Part shown: piece by piece, positions 29,469 through 40,914 of the stretch | How the letters are laid out: each line of letters starts with the position of its first letter | Numbering within the stretch: position 1 is the first letter of the stretch | DNA from: Polyangiaceae bacterium | GTDB taxonomy: Bacteria > Myxococcota_A > Polyangia > Polyangiales > Polyangiaceae | DNA: 64,000 nt | Direction: 5' to 3' | Assembly: GCA_965222375.1 (NCBI GenBank) | Contig: CBDCTZ010000015.1 | Location: 672,001-736,000 of the forward strand | Program-made: the position numbers and the translations under genes | Notes under the pieces: generated by a model | Told to the model about the DNA's origin: nothing | The model's input: the letters and a program-made list of their open reading frames with translations, nothing else | Databases searched by the model: none

Positions 29469-30332
29469 TCACTTACACGTGATCGGATTGTGCTTCTGAA
29501 TCGTGCCCTTGCAGTTGCCCGGAGAGGTCATCGTGCACACCCGGAACTCGTCGCTGCCGCAGTATTCGTTCTGGTTGGCTCCCGTGCGCTTGGTGGGCAG
29601 ATAGCCCATCCCAATGCATCCAAAGGGACCCGACGGATTCGGCATGCACTGGTCCTTGGCCTTGACGGAAACCCCGCCGCACTCTGTTTCCTTCGTATCG
29701 CAATTGAAGTCGAAGGAAACTCCGTTGTTGACGGGGTAGCCCGCACCGTCGCAGTGAGTGCTGCTCGGATAGGCGAGCTTTTCGTCGTCGGCGCAATCTT
29801 CGCAAGCGCGTGCCTTGGAGGCCTTGTTGATCCAGCCCTTGCCGGGGCTTAGGCAGGCCTTCTTCTCGGTGGCTGGGTCGCCGTAGAGATCGCCATCCTT
29901 GTCCTGGCACCACGTCTTCATCACGGTGCAGCCGCCTCCCGTGCCACCACCAGTGCCGCCGGTGGCACCGCCCGTGCCGCCGGTGGCACCGCCTGATCCG
30001 GCGCTGCCCGCGCTACCCCCAGCACCCGCGCTACCTCCCGCGCCCGCGCTACCCGCACTGCCTCCCGCGCCCGCGCTACCCGCACTGCCTCCGGCGCCCG
30101 CGCTGCCTGATGCGCCACCACTACCCGCGGCCCCGGCGGAGCCCGATGAGCCGCCCGTCGCTCCTGATCCCGCGCTGCCTGAGCTGCCGCCTCCGCTACC
30201 AGCCGCGCCGCTACTGCCGGCTGCGCCGCCAGAACTCGACCCACCGCTGCCGCTCAAGCCGGAGTCATCGGAACCACCGCACGCCATGGCGAGCGGCAAC
30301 AACACTGCCGAAGTCAGGAATCTACGCTTCAT
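29469..30332 (-). CDS. Gly-rich lipoprotein with MopE-related putative metal-binding motif
   Basis: MAC lipobox; WCQDKDGDLYGDP...DCADD...FDFNCD. Confidence 0.75.
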   Translation of the reverse strand: MKRRFLTSAVLLPLAMACGGSDDSGLSGSGGSSSGGAAGSSGAAGSGGGSSGSAGSGATGGSSGSAGAAGSGGASGSAGAGGSAGSAGAGGSAGSAGAGGSAGAGGSAGSAGSGGATGGTGGATGGTGGGTGGGCTVMKTWCQDKDGDLYGDPATEKKACLSPGKGWINKASKARACEDCADDEKLAYPSSTHCDGAGYPVNNGVSFDFNCDTKETECGGVSVKAKDQCMPNPSGPFGCIGMGYLPTKRTGANQNEYCGSDEFRVCTMTSPGNCKGTIQKHNPITCK

Positions 30333-30528
30333 AAGGACCTCCCAAGTGCGGTTCACTAAGCAGGACCCGTGCCGACCCCAAAGCACCCCATTTCCCGGTT
30401 TCTGACGGATGCCCAAGGCACGCGGGTTGGCTAACTCCGCATTGATTGCATAGTCCGGAAACTGAGTGCATGGCTCTCAGCGGCCGCGCGCGACTCGAAG
30501 TCGAGATGCGCGTTATTCTTGTGGCACC

Positions 30529-31620
30529 ATGAAGCCACTGCTCATTTGTTTGCTCACCGCTTGCCTCGGCTTGGGTTGTTCTTCAGATGACGATGGGAGC
30601 GCAGGTAGCGCGACGGGTGGAAGTGCGGGTTCTGGAGGTAGTGGGGCTACCGGTACAGGTGGAACATCGAGCGGCGGATCGGCCGGCACCGGCGGCGCGG
30701 GTACCGGCGGCGCAGCGGCAGGCGCAGGGGGCACCATCTCCGGCGCGCTGCCCGAGGGCGACACGGGAATCGCCGCAAACTACCCCGACGACGTGGGCAT
30801 CACCGGAGACTCAGCCGTCATCTTCGCAGACGACTTCGAGTCCTACTCGAAGGCATCGGATCTCGACACCAATTGGGACTTCGTCTTTCAGTACAACCAG
30901 ATCCGTTTCGCGACGGAATCGGCGAATGTGTACGCAGGCAAACAAGCTCTGGAGTTCACGGTCCCGCAACAGAATAACGAACTCAGCAACTCCACCTCCA
31001 AGACCGTCAGCCCCGAGCGCGACGTACTCTTCTTGCGCTACTACTCCAAATTCGACACACCCTTCGACGTCGTCGGTTCGAGTCACAACGGCTCGAGCAT
31101 CTCAGCGCAATACTTCAACAATGGACAAGCAACGCCGGGCGTGCCCGCCGACGGCAAGAACAAATTCCTAGCCAACCTCGAAAACTGGCGTGGCGAAGCG
31201 AGCACCCAGTCTCCCGGCCCTTTGAACGTCTACATCTATCATCCCGAGCAACGCAGCCAGTGGGGCGATCACTTCTTCCCCACGGGGACCGTGCTACCGA
31301 ATTCCAGCCAGCCCTTCGACTTTGGCCCCAACTTCACGAGTCGTCCGGACGTCACGCCAGATCTAGACAAGTGGTACTGCTACGAGTTCATGTTGCAGGC
31401 CAACACACCGGGCAAGCTCGACGGTCGTATCGCCTTCTGGCTCGATGGCAAGCTGCTCGCGGACTTTCAGAACCTTCGCCTGCGCGACATCGCCAGTCTG
31501 AAGATCGATCGCTTCGGGCTGGGCTTCCACATCGGCTCCAACCCCAACGGCGAAACCAAGAAGTGGTACGACAACGTGGTTGCGGCCACTTCGTACGTCG
31601 GTCCAATCAAAGCGCCTTGA
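30529..31620 (+). CDS. Lipoprotein with polysaccharide-lyase-like jellyroll domain
   Basis: LGC lipobox; VIFADDFE, LFLRYYSKF, WYCYEFMLQAN, DGRIAFWLDG, WYDNVV. Confidence 0.7.
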   Translation: MKPLLICLLTACLGLGCSSDDDGSAGSATGGSAGSGGSGATGTGGTSSGGSAGTGGAGTGGAAAGAGGTISGALPEGDTGIAANYPDDVGITGDSAVIFADDFESYSKASDLDTNWDFVFQYNQIRFATESANVYAGKQALEFTVPQQNNELSNSTSKTVSPERDVLFLRYYSKFDTPFDVVGSSHNGSSISAQYFNNGQATPGVPADGKNKFLANLENWRGEASTQSPGPLNVYIYHPEQRSQWGDHFFPTGTVLPNSSQPFDFGPNFTSRPDVTPDLDKWYCYEFMLQANTPGKLDGRIAFWLDGKLLADFQNLRLRDIASLKIDRFGLGFHIGSNPNGETKKWYDNVVAATSYVGPIKAP

Positions 31621-31810
31621 ACCAGCGCTGGCAGCAGCCTTGACTTTGGTTTGTTGGTTGGGGTCGAGCCCTGGGGCGTCGCTGCTGCCCTAATCTCAAG
31701 CTAGCTCGCGCGTTTGCGCGGCGCCACTTCCGAAGCAACCGCCAGCGCTGTCTACTCCGCCGCTCGCTTGGCGATCACACAACGGCAACCGATGCAGTGC
31801 GCTTCGTCGC

Positions 31811-32665
31811 CTACTTGGCAATCACGTCCAACTTGTAGCCACGCTTTGCGTCGTAATACTCGTTGACGATCAGGTGCGCGCGAAAGACTTGAGGATAGTT
31901 CGCGTCTCCGGGCTTCGCGGCCAAGGCAACCAACTCTTCGGCGCCTGCGTTGGTCCGATGGTACCAAACCCGGAGCGTCTCTTTCTTCAAAGCGGACTCC
32001 CAATCGCCCTTCACGAACTTGCCGTCGACGTGTTTTGTCTGAAGGTCGAAGCTCGGTTTGGGCGTCGCGAAGTCGAAGGTGCCGAGTTTCTGCCCACTGC
32101 GGTGGACCACGATCTTTCGGATGCTTGCCGGCGGTGATGGGTCGTTGAAGGCTCGCACTTCGCTGACAGCGAAGTTGGACTTCTCGATCTCCATCTTCGC
32201 GACGCTGGCGTAGTCCTTGTCGGTGACGCGGAAGATCCGGGTGCCGTAGGGACCGCGACCCTTGCCGCTCTTGGGCGGCAAGTGCATGTCGACGGCGATC
32301 CCGTCCTTCGCAGCGATCTTCTTCCAAGCCGCTTCGAGCTTCTTCGCTTCTTCGCTGCTGCTCTTCAGCGTCAGCTTGCCCGGCTTTCCGACTCGAAACT
32401 CCAAAACGCCCAAGTGCTCGCTGCTCGTGTTGACGACCAGCCAACTCACGTCGGAAGCAGCCGCAGGTTTGGTCGGCGCGGCGACACTGGGCGCAGGGCT
32501 AGCCGGCTTCGCGGACGCGGTCGCCGCAGGCGCGGCCGCCGACGGCGTGGGTGACAATGTAGGCGTCGGCTCCGGCGACGGCGCAGCGCTTGATTGATTG
32601 CAGCCAATCGAGACTGAGAACGCGATACAGGGTGCCAGCTGAGCGAAGAGGTGCAGGAAGTTCAT
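31811..32665 (-). CDS. Hypothetical lipoprotein
   Basis: IGC lipobox, Pro/Ala linker, internally duplicated domain. Confidence 0.65.
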   Translation of the reverse strand: MNFLHLFAQLAPCIAFSVSIGCNQSSAAPSPEPTPTLSPTPSAAAPAATASAKPASPAPSVAAPTKPAAASDVSWLVVNTSSEHLGVLEFRVGKPGKLTLKSSSEEAKKLEAAWKKIAAKDGIAVDMHLPPKSGKGRGPYGTRIFRVTDKDYASVAKMEIEKSNFAVSEVRAFNDPSPPASIRKIVVHRSGQKLGTFDFATPKPSFDLQTKHVDGKFVKGDWESALKKETLRVWYHRTNAGAEELVALAAKPGDANYPQVFRAHLIVNEYYDAKRGYKLDVIAK

Positions 32666-32984
32666 GGCTGAGTGAACTACGCGCAAGCTCAGGCGCTGGG
32701 TCTACTTTTTTGTCGCCAGCCGCGGGTGTAAGGGTGAGCATGCTCCCGCGTTGCACATGGTCGTCGCCAAACCGGTCCTGTAGTTTCCGCCCGAGATGCG
32801 GCGGTACCCTCCTGCCGCAGGTGGCGGCTCCACCGGCACCGGCGCGCAACCCGCCGTCGGTGGCACCGGCGCCACCACGGGAGGCTGCCCCGCTCCGCAG
32901 TTCTGTCTTCAGGAACCCAGGGCTCCACCCCCCCCTCCTGGAACGTCGTGCCCGCTCAGCCGCGAGCCATCTGCTGCCTGTGAG

Positions 32985-33860
32985 CTATCCGCTCGCGGCT
33001 ACAGCCTGGCGCAGGACCCCGCTGAAGCTCTTGGAGCTTCGGCGCGCCAAATAGACGCAGACAGCTGCCGCCAATAGGTAGCCCACCCCGGGCAGCACAC
33101 CGGACTCGCCCAGCCAGCGTTCGCTCCCCGAGCCCAAGCTCTTGGGAAACAAGACTTGGGAGAATGTGTTGTGCAGGGTGTGGATCCAAACCGCTGCCCA
33201 GACCGAGCGCAGGCGATAGGTCACGAAAGTCCAGGTGGGCGAGAGCCCCAGCTCCAAGGCGGCAAATAGCGCGAGCGACACGAGCACGCCGCCAGCGCCG
33301 GCGTAGCCAAGCGCAACGATGAAGGGCGCATGATAGGCCACGGCGATCGCCGCCATCACCCAGGGCGACAGTGGAACCTTCAACTGATCGAGACGAGGCT
33401 GCAGGTAGCCGCGCCATCCCCATTCTTCGCCGAAAGCGCCAAGGAACCCAGGTATGGAAACGAGCACGCCGTTGATCAATACGTTGAGCGCGATCTTGAC
33501 CGGGCCATGCCAGCTGGGGTCGCCGCGTTCAATTCCTAGGGCTGCGCCCGCCGCATAGGCGGCGCCGTAGATGGCCACGACGACCCCCATAGGCAGAAGC
33601 AGCACACGCAAGCGCACGCCGCTGCCACCGCGCAGAGGAAAAGGAGCGACGAAAGCCGTATCGATTTTGCGCACCACGAAAATGCGCACCAAGGACGGCA
33701 TGCCCATGCCCAGTAGCGTGACCAACACGCCGCTGGTGCTGTCCAGCTTGCCCCCGAGAAGGTGGAACACGAGCGTGAGCGCGGCCATACCGCCAACGCT
33801 CAGGGCGATGAACGCCAGCACACCCCGCCGGGCATTTCGTAGCTCCGCGGCTCCTTCCAC
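32985..33860 (-). CDS. CPBP-family intramembrane metalloprotease
   Basis: GEEWGWRGYL, YH, HTLHN motifs; multiple TM helices. Confidence 0.9.
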   Translation of the reverse strand: MEGAAELRNARRGVLAFIALSVGGMAALTLVFHLLGGKLDSTSGVLVTLLGMGMPSLVRIFVVRKIDTAFVAPFPLRGGSGVRLRVLLLPMGVVVAIYGAAYAAGAALGIERGDPSWHGPVKIALNVLINGVLVSIPGFLGAFGEEWGWRGYLQPRLDQLKVPLSPWVMAAIAVAYHAPFIVALGYAGAGGVLVSLALFAALELGLSPTWTFVTYRLRSVWAAVWIHTLHNTFSQVLFPKSLGSGSERWLGESGVLPGVGYLLAAAVCVYLARRSSKSFSGVLRQAVAASG

Positions 33861-33979
33861 TTTGCACGGTCATAGTCGATTGCCGGTGGTTTTCCTACGC
33901 CGTGCGCGTACTCGTCTCGAGGTGCGTCGCGACGCTCTTTACGTTCGCCGCATCTGCCGAGGGAGACTAGACTCGCGGT

Positions 33980-34606
33980 GTGACTACCCAGGAGCTAGCG
34001 AAGCGATTGCCCAGCGTCGCCGCCTACTTGGAGCGGCTGCCTCGGGGCATCGACTCCCACCCGCAGTGCATGGTCAAGGCCTCCGTGTACCGCGACGCCC
34101 TGGACTCTCGCCCCCTCGACAGTGTGCTGCTGCTCTTGCCGGACGTTGCAAAGGAGCTGGTCGACCATCCACCACCAGTGAGCGCCTGGGTGCCGGAAGT
34201 CCCGGCCATGGTTCTGATGATCGCGATCCGAGACCTGCACTTCGACCCGGGCGAAGCCGGGGTCGACGCCTATGCGGAGTGGACACGTCAGCGAAACCTG
34301 AAACTCTTGACGCGACCACTCTACCGCGCGCTGTTCCTGGTCTTGTCGCCTCAGCGGTTGCTCAAGGGTGTGCAGCGGCGCTGGGGCGTGTTTCGCCGTG
34401 GGACCGAGATCGAGACGACGGAGTCGGGCCCCAACTCCGCCGCGGTCCGCGTGAGTTTTCCCAGGCACCTCTACGACAAGACGGCCCTCTGTGGCATGCG
34501 CGCCGCCATGCTCGCAGCCCTGGAAGCCGCCGGAGCCCGCAGACTCGAGATGGTCGTCGTCTCCATGAACGACCGCGAAGCGCGCTACGAAGCGCGCTGG
34601 GCGTAG
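33980..34606 (+). CDS. Myxobacterial hypothetical protein (DUF2378-like)
   Basis: YLERLPRGIDSHP...WGVFRRGT...YEARW pattern. Confidence 0.6.
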   Translation: MTTQELAKRLPSVAAYLERLPRGIDSHPQCMVKASVYRDALDSRPLDSVLLLLPDVAKELVDHPPPVSAWVPEVPAMVLMIAIRDLHFDPGEAGVDAYAEWTRQRNLKLLTRPLYRALFLVLSPQRLLKGVQRRWGVFRRGTEIETTESGPNSAAVRVSFPRHLYDKTALCGMRAAMLAALEAAGARRLEMVVVSMNDREARYEARWA

Positions 34607-34621
34607 CTCGCAACTGGGGAG

Positions 34622-35728
34622 TCAGGGATGCAGAACGCATCCGCCAGTGACTTCGCCGTTCCACTTGGCGCGGAGGGCGGCCTTGTATTCTGCCAAGGGG
34701 AACACATGAGACACGTGGGGCGAGATGGCCCCAGCATGGGCCCAGCCCAAGATCTGCTCCAGACGCGGCTTGCGGCTCGAAGGATCCTTGGTCGTGGAGA
34801 TGACCGTCGGGCAACCCAAGACGTCGAGGCTCTTCATCATGATCAGGTTTGTCGGCAGTTGGTTGGCGTTGGGGGCTCCTCTGCGCCCCTTGCCTCCAGC
34901 GACGTAGGGGGTCGCCGCCCAGCCCACGATCAGAAAGCGCGCGCCGAAGCGGACGCAGCGCATGCTCTCCAAGGAGACATCACCACCCACGGCGTCATAG
35001 ACCACGTGTACGCCTTCGCCCTCGGTGACCGCCTTGACGTCATCCCGAAACCGCCGCGGCTTTCCGTCAGCATCCTGGGTCACGACAACGTGATCGGCGC
35101 CTTGCTGGAGAACGGACTCGAGCTTGGCCGGCTTGCGCCCGGTGGCGATCACCGTCGCGCCCAGCAACTTGGCAACGTGAACAGCGGCCAAGCCTGTCGC
35201 GCCCGACGCGCCGTGAATCAGCACGGACTCGCCTTCGGATAGGCGTCCCCGGGTTACGAGGCAGTGATACGCCGTTTCGTAGCTGCTGAGCAGGCCGGCA
35301 GCTTGGTCGAAAGACAGCGCATCGGGCTTCTTGTGAATGGCGATCGCGGGTGCGACCACGTAGCTGGCAAACCCGCCGTACTCTTGGTACGCGCCCAAAG
35401 AGCGGGGGCCGGCGTGAAAGCCATCGACGATCACGGCATCGCCCACGGCGACGTGGTCGACCTCGCTGCCCACCCAGGCGACTTCGCCGGTGCCTTCCAG
35501 GCCCGGGGTGTAGGGAGGCTTGCGCATGTGTTGGTACTGTCCGCTGGTCATCAGCAAGTCCACCCACCCGACTGCGGCACTGCATACTTTGACGATGACG
35601 TCGCTCGGCTGTAGCTGCGCTGGATCCGGCGCGGGCATGGGCTCGAGATCCAGGACCGTGTCGATGGCTTGAGGCGGTGTCTCAGCAAACTCGCGTACGA
35701 CCACGCGCTGACCAGGTTCGAGCTGCAT
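34622..35728 (-). CDS. NADPH:quinone oxidoreductase (MDR family)
   Basis: PYTPGLEGTG, VLIHGASGATGLAAV, VVYDAVGG. Confidence 0.9.
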   Translation of the reverse strand: MQLEPGQRVVVREFAETPPQAIDTVLDLEPMPAPDPAQLQPSDVIVKVCSAAVGWVDLLMTSGQYQHMRKPPYTPGLEGTGEVAWVGSEVDHVAVGDAVIVDGFHAGPRSLGAYQEYGGFASYVVAPAIAIHKKPDALSFDQAAGLLSSYETAYHCLVTRGRLSEGESVLIHGASGATGLAAVHVAKLLGATVIATGRKPAKLESVLQQGADHVVVTQDADGKPRRFRDDVKAVTEGEGVHVVYDAVGGDVSLESMRCVRFGARFLIVGWAATPYVAGGKGRRGAPNANQLPTNLIMMKSLDVLGCPTVISTTKDPSSRKPRLEQILGWAHAGAISPHVSHVFPLAEYKAALRAKWNGEVTGGCVLHP

Positions 35729-35798
35729 GAGAGGCTTGTAGGCCAACCCGGGCCGAATTGCAGCCCCGGTGAAGCAGGCCGCGGCAGTTTTGAAGCTG

Positions 35799-37178
35799 TC
35801 AGCTAGTCTTGTCTTTTTTGGCGGCCTCGTCCCCAGACACGTTGATGGTGATGCGAGGGAAGAGTGTCGGATATTCGGGGTTCCAGAGAGCGTCGAAGGC
35901 CCGGCCCTCGATCTGCATTTCCAGGATCCGCGGTGCCAGATATTGCACCGTGGTTGCCTCGACGTCCGGCGCGCCCTCGCGTTCGACCACCACATCCAGT
36001 TCGCAGTGGGTTCCGGTCTTGCGAAGCGCAAGGATGCGGCCATTCACGGTTTCGCAGCCTCGGATGATCTCGATGCGCTTGCGCGCGACCGAACGCGACA
36101 CCACCCAGGCAGCACCGAAAAGCACGACACCAACAGCGACGCCAGCCCATACGGCCACGCCTCCCGTGGCAATGCCGGCCCCGATGGCAACGAGTGCAGC
36201 CAATAGGAGCCACAACACCGCGGAGCCTTGCGGCAATGGGATATTCTTCGCGAGGCGCCCCTGGTCGCGCTCCACCGCCAAAGGCAAAGACTGCTCACAA
36301 AGCGCCCAGTCCTCGGGCATGTTCTTGGCAACGCTCTTGATCAGGGCAAGGGCGGAGTGCTGACGCTTGATCTGGTCGTAGAGGACGGCAACCGCAGCAT
36401 CGAGGTTGCCCAGCTTTTCTAGCGCGTCGCCACGCAACGTAGCCACCATGCCTCCGGAAGACGAGTGGATCGGAATGTCGTTGTAGGCACGACCCAGAGC
36501 TTCCAACACCTTGGCGTAGTCGCGATTGGCCGCGGCCAGAACCGCTGTAGAAAGCCGAAAGCTGGAATCCGCATCCAGGCTCCGGCTCTTCGGGTCCATG
36601 CGTTCGAGCCAAGCTTGGGCATCTTTCAATTGGCCGGCGCGCACCGCGCCGATCACGACGTTGCTCAATAGCTTCTGTTTCACATCGGGATTTGGAACGG
36701 CTTCCACCGTCGTCTCGATGAGCGCGCGCCGGTTGAGCTGTTCCGCTTCGGTCTCGGAAGGCATGGCCGGGTGGATCTCGAACGCCAAGCAGACGAGTTC
36801 GACCACAGCTGCCTCGTCCTCGGGGTCGCCTTCGAGTCGCTTTCGAATCGATGCCCACATGGCGCGGGCTTCTGCCAGCTCGGACTCGAGCACGTTGCCG
36901 AACTTCGCCACCGACGCCGGAGTGAGCCATTGGTGATCCGTTTGGGTGCGCAAGTGCGCTATCCGCGCTGCCTCGTCCTGGCTCTCTCCCCTCGGAATGC
37001 GCGCGGGGCTCGCATCCGGCACGAACTGCTCGTAGCCACACTCCTCACAGCGCAGCGTTTCTTCTTCGTCACCAGCGATGATCGCTACGCCACAGGCGTC
37101 ACAGAGGCGTGCGCGCAACGCGGGATCGTAGGGCCGCGGCTGGGTGCGAGTCTGCCGATACGCGCTCTGTTCAGCCAT
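35799..37178 (-). CDS. Membrane protein with N-terminal zinc ribbon and TPR-like region
   Basis: CDACG...CEECG, helical repeats, two TM helices. Confidence 0.7.
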   Translation of the reverse strand: MAEQSAYRQTRTQPRPYDPALRARLCDACGVAIIAGDEEETLRCEECGYEQFVPDASPARIPRGESQDEAARIAHLRTQTDHQWLTPASVAKFGNVLESELAEARAMWASIRKRLEGDPEDEAAVVELVCLAFEIHPAMPSETEAEQLNRRALIETTVEAVPNPDVKQKLLSNVVIGAVRAGQLKDAQAWLERMDPKSRSLDADSSFRLSTAVLAAANRDYAKVLEALGRAYNDIPIHSSSGGMVATLRGDALEKLGNLDAAVAVLYDQIKRQHSALALIKSVAKNMPEDWALCEQSLPLAVERDQGRLAKNIPLPQGSAVLWLLLAALVAIGAGIATGGVAVWAGVAVGVVLFGAAWVVSRSVARKRIEIIRGCETVNGRILALRKTGTHCELDVVVEREGAPDVEATTVQYLAPRILEMQIEGRAFDALWNPEYPTLFPRITINVSGDEAAKKDKTS

Positions 37179-37329
37179 GGCGAAGGGAAAATGCCACGAC
37201 TGTGTGGTCCTTTGCACGCGATGCGTTGACGAATTGCGTCTAGGCAGCCGACCGAGGCGGTGCAGTCGCCTATTTCCAAGTACGTTCGGAAGTGAGTCCC
37301 TCGTGGCACTTCGGCTCGGGCACGCTGCC

Positions 37330-37893
37330 CTAGCGCGTCGCTCGCCGGCGCCGCATCGCGATGCCCAACACCGAGAGCAACAACAGCACTCCAGCTCCAC
37401 CGCTGCGCCCGGACACGCTGCAGCCTCCATCATCGCCAGAAGCCGAGCTGGACGCATTCGACCCCGCGGCGCCGGCACTACCAGCACTGGCTCCGCCGAG
37501 ACCGGTCCCGGATCCGCCAACGCCCCCTTGGCCGCCACCGGCTCCATCGCCGGCACTGCCGGCAGCGCCGCCGATGGCGGGATTGCCCCCTTGCCCTGCA
37601 GTTCCTGCGCCGGCACTGCCCGCCGCTCCGGCCGTTCCACCCGCGGTGCCGCCGCCCCCTGTCGCGCCCACCCCGCCAGAACCGCCGGCGCCGCCACTAC
37701 CGCCCGTACCCGTGGTGTTGGGCGGCACGACAGTGTCGAAAACGTCGAGCTGGTCGAAAAGCCCGGCCGGTACGATCGAGCTCGTGTTGCCATCTCGAGC
37801 GCCGAGGTAAACACCAGCTCGCTGAATTCTCCGACGCAGAATGGGACTCCCCCGCCAAACAGCGCAAAATCGCCGCACTGACTCGCTTGGCAA
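37330..37893 (-). pseudogene. 3' fragment of a MYXO-CTERM surface protein
   Basis: Gly-rich linker then DDGGCSV...LLLLSVLGIAMRRRR sorting signal; no credible N-terminus. Confidence 0.7.
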
Positions 37894-37917
37894 ATGCCCA
37901 ACGCCGCTGACGTCGGC

Positions 37918-38730
37918 TCAGGAGTTGACGCGCTCGGTCGCGAACAGCACGAGCGCCAACAAGCGCCGCAGTGCTTCGCGGTGCTCGGGATCATCGGGTT
38001 GCCATGGGGTCTTGCCACACGCAGCCAGGGCCGTGCGCAGTTCGCTGCGCCCGCGGCGTTCGAGTTCCCATAGCCACGCGGCCGCTTTGGGGTTGTGCAC
38101 TGAAACCTGTTCCAGGGTGTCGTGCACGGCCTGCTCGGTGTGGCCATCCAACAGCGCATCGAGAATGCCGCCAGGGCGAATTCGGCGCTTCTCGTTGTCG
38201 TGAACTTCCACCATCAAAGCGCCGTGGCAGCGCACGGCAGTCGCTACGACCCAGGTTGTCAACTCCGGGACATCGTTAGCGAGCATGGATGACGCGCGCT
38301 TGATCGCAGCGCGAAACGACGCACGCCGGGCCTCGGGCAGTTCAGTGCTCTCCAGCTGATCTGCAAACCAATAGGCGTGGAGCATCAATTCTTGAGCGAA
38401 AGCAACGTCCGTGTTCGCGGGTAGCCAGGGCTCCGGGGGCCAGGAAGCATCTTTGCAGCGCGAGACCCACGGTCTGGGTGGCAGGGACAACGCTCGGCTG
38501 ACGCTGAAGCGTGAAGCCGGGGGATCGCTAGCGCCGTTGGAGGGCTCTGCCTGCTTCGCCCGCTTCGCCTTCTTGACGCTCTTGACGTTCTTGGCCTTCT
38601 TGGCGCCGGGCTTGCGCGGCGACTTGGGCTTCTTGGCTTTCTTCTTGGCTGCGGCAGCCGGTGCGCCCTCTCCGTCCACGGACGCCTTCTTGCGAGGGCG
38701 CTTGGCCGCGCGCGCCTTGATTGCCGCCAT
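37918..38730 (-). CDS. Hypothetical protein with Lys/Ala-rich N-terminus
   Basis: Histone-H1-like K/A-rich tail followed by a helical domain. Confidence 0.6.
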   Translation of the reverse strand: MAAIKARAAKRPRKKASVDGEGAPAAAAKKKAKKPKSPRKPGAKKAKNVKSVKKAKRAKQAEPSNGASDPPASRFSVSRALSLPPRPWVSRCKDASWPPEPWLPANTDVAFAQELMLHAYWFADQLESTELPEARRASFRAAIKRASSMLANDVPELTTWVVATAVRCHGALMVEVHDNEKRRIRPGGILDALLDGHTEQAVHDTLEQVSVHNPKAAAWLWELERRGRSELRTALAACGKTPWQPDDPEHREALRRLLALVLFATERVNS

Positions 38731-38823
38731 GGAGCCCCATGCTACTCCCTCGGGCACTCAGGGCGAAAAAACCGCCTTGAAAATCCAAAGTCAGCGCGAC
38801 TTCCGCGCCAAGAAACGCGCGCG

Positions 38824-40914
38824 TTACTTCTTCTTGGCTTCGCGCTTGGCCTCGATGTCCGCCTTCACCTTCTCGAAGACGTTCTTCGGTACGGGTGCGT
38901 AGTGGCTGAACTCCATGACGAACTGGCCACGGCCGGAGGTCGTGGAGCGCAGATCACCGATGTAGCCGAACATCTCGCTCAGAGGCGCCTCGGCATTGAT
39001 GTGGATGTTCGTCGCCGCGGTCTCCTGGGATTTGATCATGCCGCGGCGGCGGTTCAGGTCACCGATCACGTCGCCAACATTGGCCTCGGGCACGTAGACG
39101 TCCACCTTCATGATGGGCTCGAGCAATTGGGGCGACGCCTTGGGCATGCTCTGCCGATAGGCCGCCTTCGCGGCTGCTTCGAAGGCCATGGTTGAAGAGT
39201 CGACGGGGTGGTGCGCGCCGTCCGTGAGGATCACCTTGAAGTCGAGCATGGGGAACTCGAGCAAGGGCCCCTTGTCCTTGAGCATCTCGAAACCCTTTTG
39301 GACTGCGGGGATATAGTCCTTGGGCACGTTGCCACCGACGATCTTCGACTCGAAGACGAAGCCGGACCCTGGCTCCAGAGGCTCGATGGTATAGTCGATC
39401 TTCGCGTACTGACCCGAGCCACCCGTCTGCTTCTTGTGGGTGTAGCTGTCGTCGATGGCGGTGGTGATCGTCTCGCGATAGGCCACCTGAGGCTCGCCGA
39501 TAGAAGCCTCGACTTTGTGGGTGCGCCTCAGGATGTCGATCTTGATGTCGAGATGCAGCTCGCCCATGCCTTTGAGAATGGTTTCCCCGGACTCCTGATC
39601 CACCTCCACATGAAAGGATGGGTCCTCGGTGACCAACTTGCCGAGAGCCGCAGACAGCTTTTCGCTATTGGCCTTGTCTTTGGGGGCCACCGCAATCGAG
39701 ATGACGGGATCCGGGAACACCATCGGCTCCAGAGTCGCCGGCTTCTTCTCGTCCGCCAGGGTGTGCCCGGTGCGGGTGTTCTTCAGCCCCAGCAGTGCGA
39801 CGATGTCTCCCGCTTGCGCAGTATCCACCATCGTGCGGTCGTTGGCGTGCATCTCCACCATGCGGCCAATGCGCTCGGACTTCCCGGTGAAGGTGTTGAG
39901 CACGTTGTCGCCCTTGGAGATCTTGCCCGAATAGATGCGGGTGAAGGTCAGCGCACCAAAGCGGTCGTCCATGATCTTGAACGCCAGAGCACGGAAAGGA
40001 GCCGACGGGTCCACCACCGCGAACTCTCCGGTCGGATGACCTTCCAGATCGATCTCGGGCTGGGGCGGTACTTCCGTGGGGTTCGGCAAGTAGTCCACGA
40101 CCGCGTCGAGGATTTGCTGCACGCCCTTGTTCTTGAACGACGAGCCGCAGTAGGTCGGGAAGAAGCTGAGGTTGATCGTACCCTTTCGGATGCATGCCTT
40201 GAGGGAATCGATGTCCGGCTCCTCGCCATCCAAGTACTTGGCAAGCACGTCGTCGTCCTGCTCGACGGCCATTTCGATCAGCTCTGCTCGGTAGGTCTCG
40301 ACGTCGTCCTTCATGTCCTCGGGGATGTCTTTTACCTCAAAGTTCTCGGGCAGCCCCGTGTCATCCCAGACGTAAGCCTTGCGCTCCAGCAGGTCGACGA
40401 CGCCGACGAACTCGGCCTCGGTGCCAATGGGCAGCACCATGACCAGAGGCTTTGCGCCCAGCACTTCCTTGATCTGCTTGACGACTCGGTAGAAGTCCGC
40501 TCCCAGGCGATCGAGCTTGTTGACGTAAATGATGCGCGCGACTTTGGAATCGTTCGCATAGCGCCAGTTCGTCTCGGACTGGGGCTCGACACCTCCAGAT
40601 CCGCAAAATACGCCCACGCCGCCATCGAGCACCTTTAGAGAGCGGTAGACCTCGATGGTGAAATCAACGTGCCCGGGGGTGTCGATGATGTTGAACTGGT
40701 AGTTGTTCCAGAAACAGGTCGTGGCAGCGGACTGAATCGTGATCCCGCGCTCCTGCTCTTGCTCCATGAAGTCGGTCGTGGCCGCGCCATCATGCACTTC
40801 GCCGATCTTGTGGATCTTCCCGGTGAGCTTGAGAATGCGCTCCGTGGTCGTGGTCTTACCGGCGTCCACATGCGCGAAGATGCCGATGTTGCGGTACTTG
40901 GATAGATCCTTCAT
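38824..40914 (-). CDS. fusA: Elongation factor G (stand-alone paralog)
   Basis: [53 protein letters not shown]; 696 aa. Confidence 0.97.
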   Translation of the reverse strand: MKDLSKYRNIGIFAHVDAGKTTTTERILKLTGKIHKIGEVHDGAATTDFMEQEQERGITIQSAATTCFWNNYQFNIIDTPGHVDFTIEVYRSLKVLDGGVGVFCGSGGVEPQSETNWRYANDSKVARIIYVNKLDRLGADFYRVVKQIKEVLGAKPLVMVLPIGTEAEFVGVVDLLERKAYVWDDTGLPENFEVKDIPEDMKDDVETYRAELIEMAVEQDDDVLAKYLDGEEPDIDSLKACIRKGTINLSFFPTYCGSSFKNKGVQQILDAVVDYLPNPTEVPPQPEIDLEGHPTGEFAVVDPSAPFRALAFKIMDDRFGALTFTRIYSGKISKGDNVLNTFTGKSERIGRMVEMHANDRTMVDTAQAGDIVALLGLKNTRTGHTLADEKKPATLEPMVFPDPVISIAVAPKDKANSEKLSAALGKLVTEDPSFHVEVDQESGETILKGMGELHLDIKIDILRRTHKVEASIGEPQVAYRETITTAIDDSYTHKKQTGGSGQYAKIDYTIEPLEPGSGFVFESKIVGGNVPKDYIPAVQKGFEMLKDKGPLLEFPMLDFKVILTDGAHHPVDSSTMAFEAAAKAAYRQSMPKASPQLLEPIMKVDVYVPEANVGDVIGDLNRRRGMIKSQETAATNIHINAEAPLSEMFGYIGDLRSTTSGRGQFVMEFSHYAPVPKNVFEKVKADIEAKREAKKK

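Noticed and set aside
29930..30260. Tandem repeats in Gly/Ser linkers (also 28740-28840, 54280-54360)
   Set aside because: Ordinary low-complexity coding linkers of myxobacterial lipoproteins
39208..40638. Long + strand ORF (likewise 41425-43209, 58881-59729 and other shadow ORFs)
   Set aside because: Antisense to well-supported genes; typical high-GC artefacts
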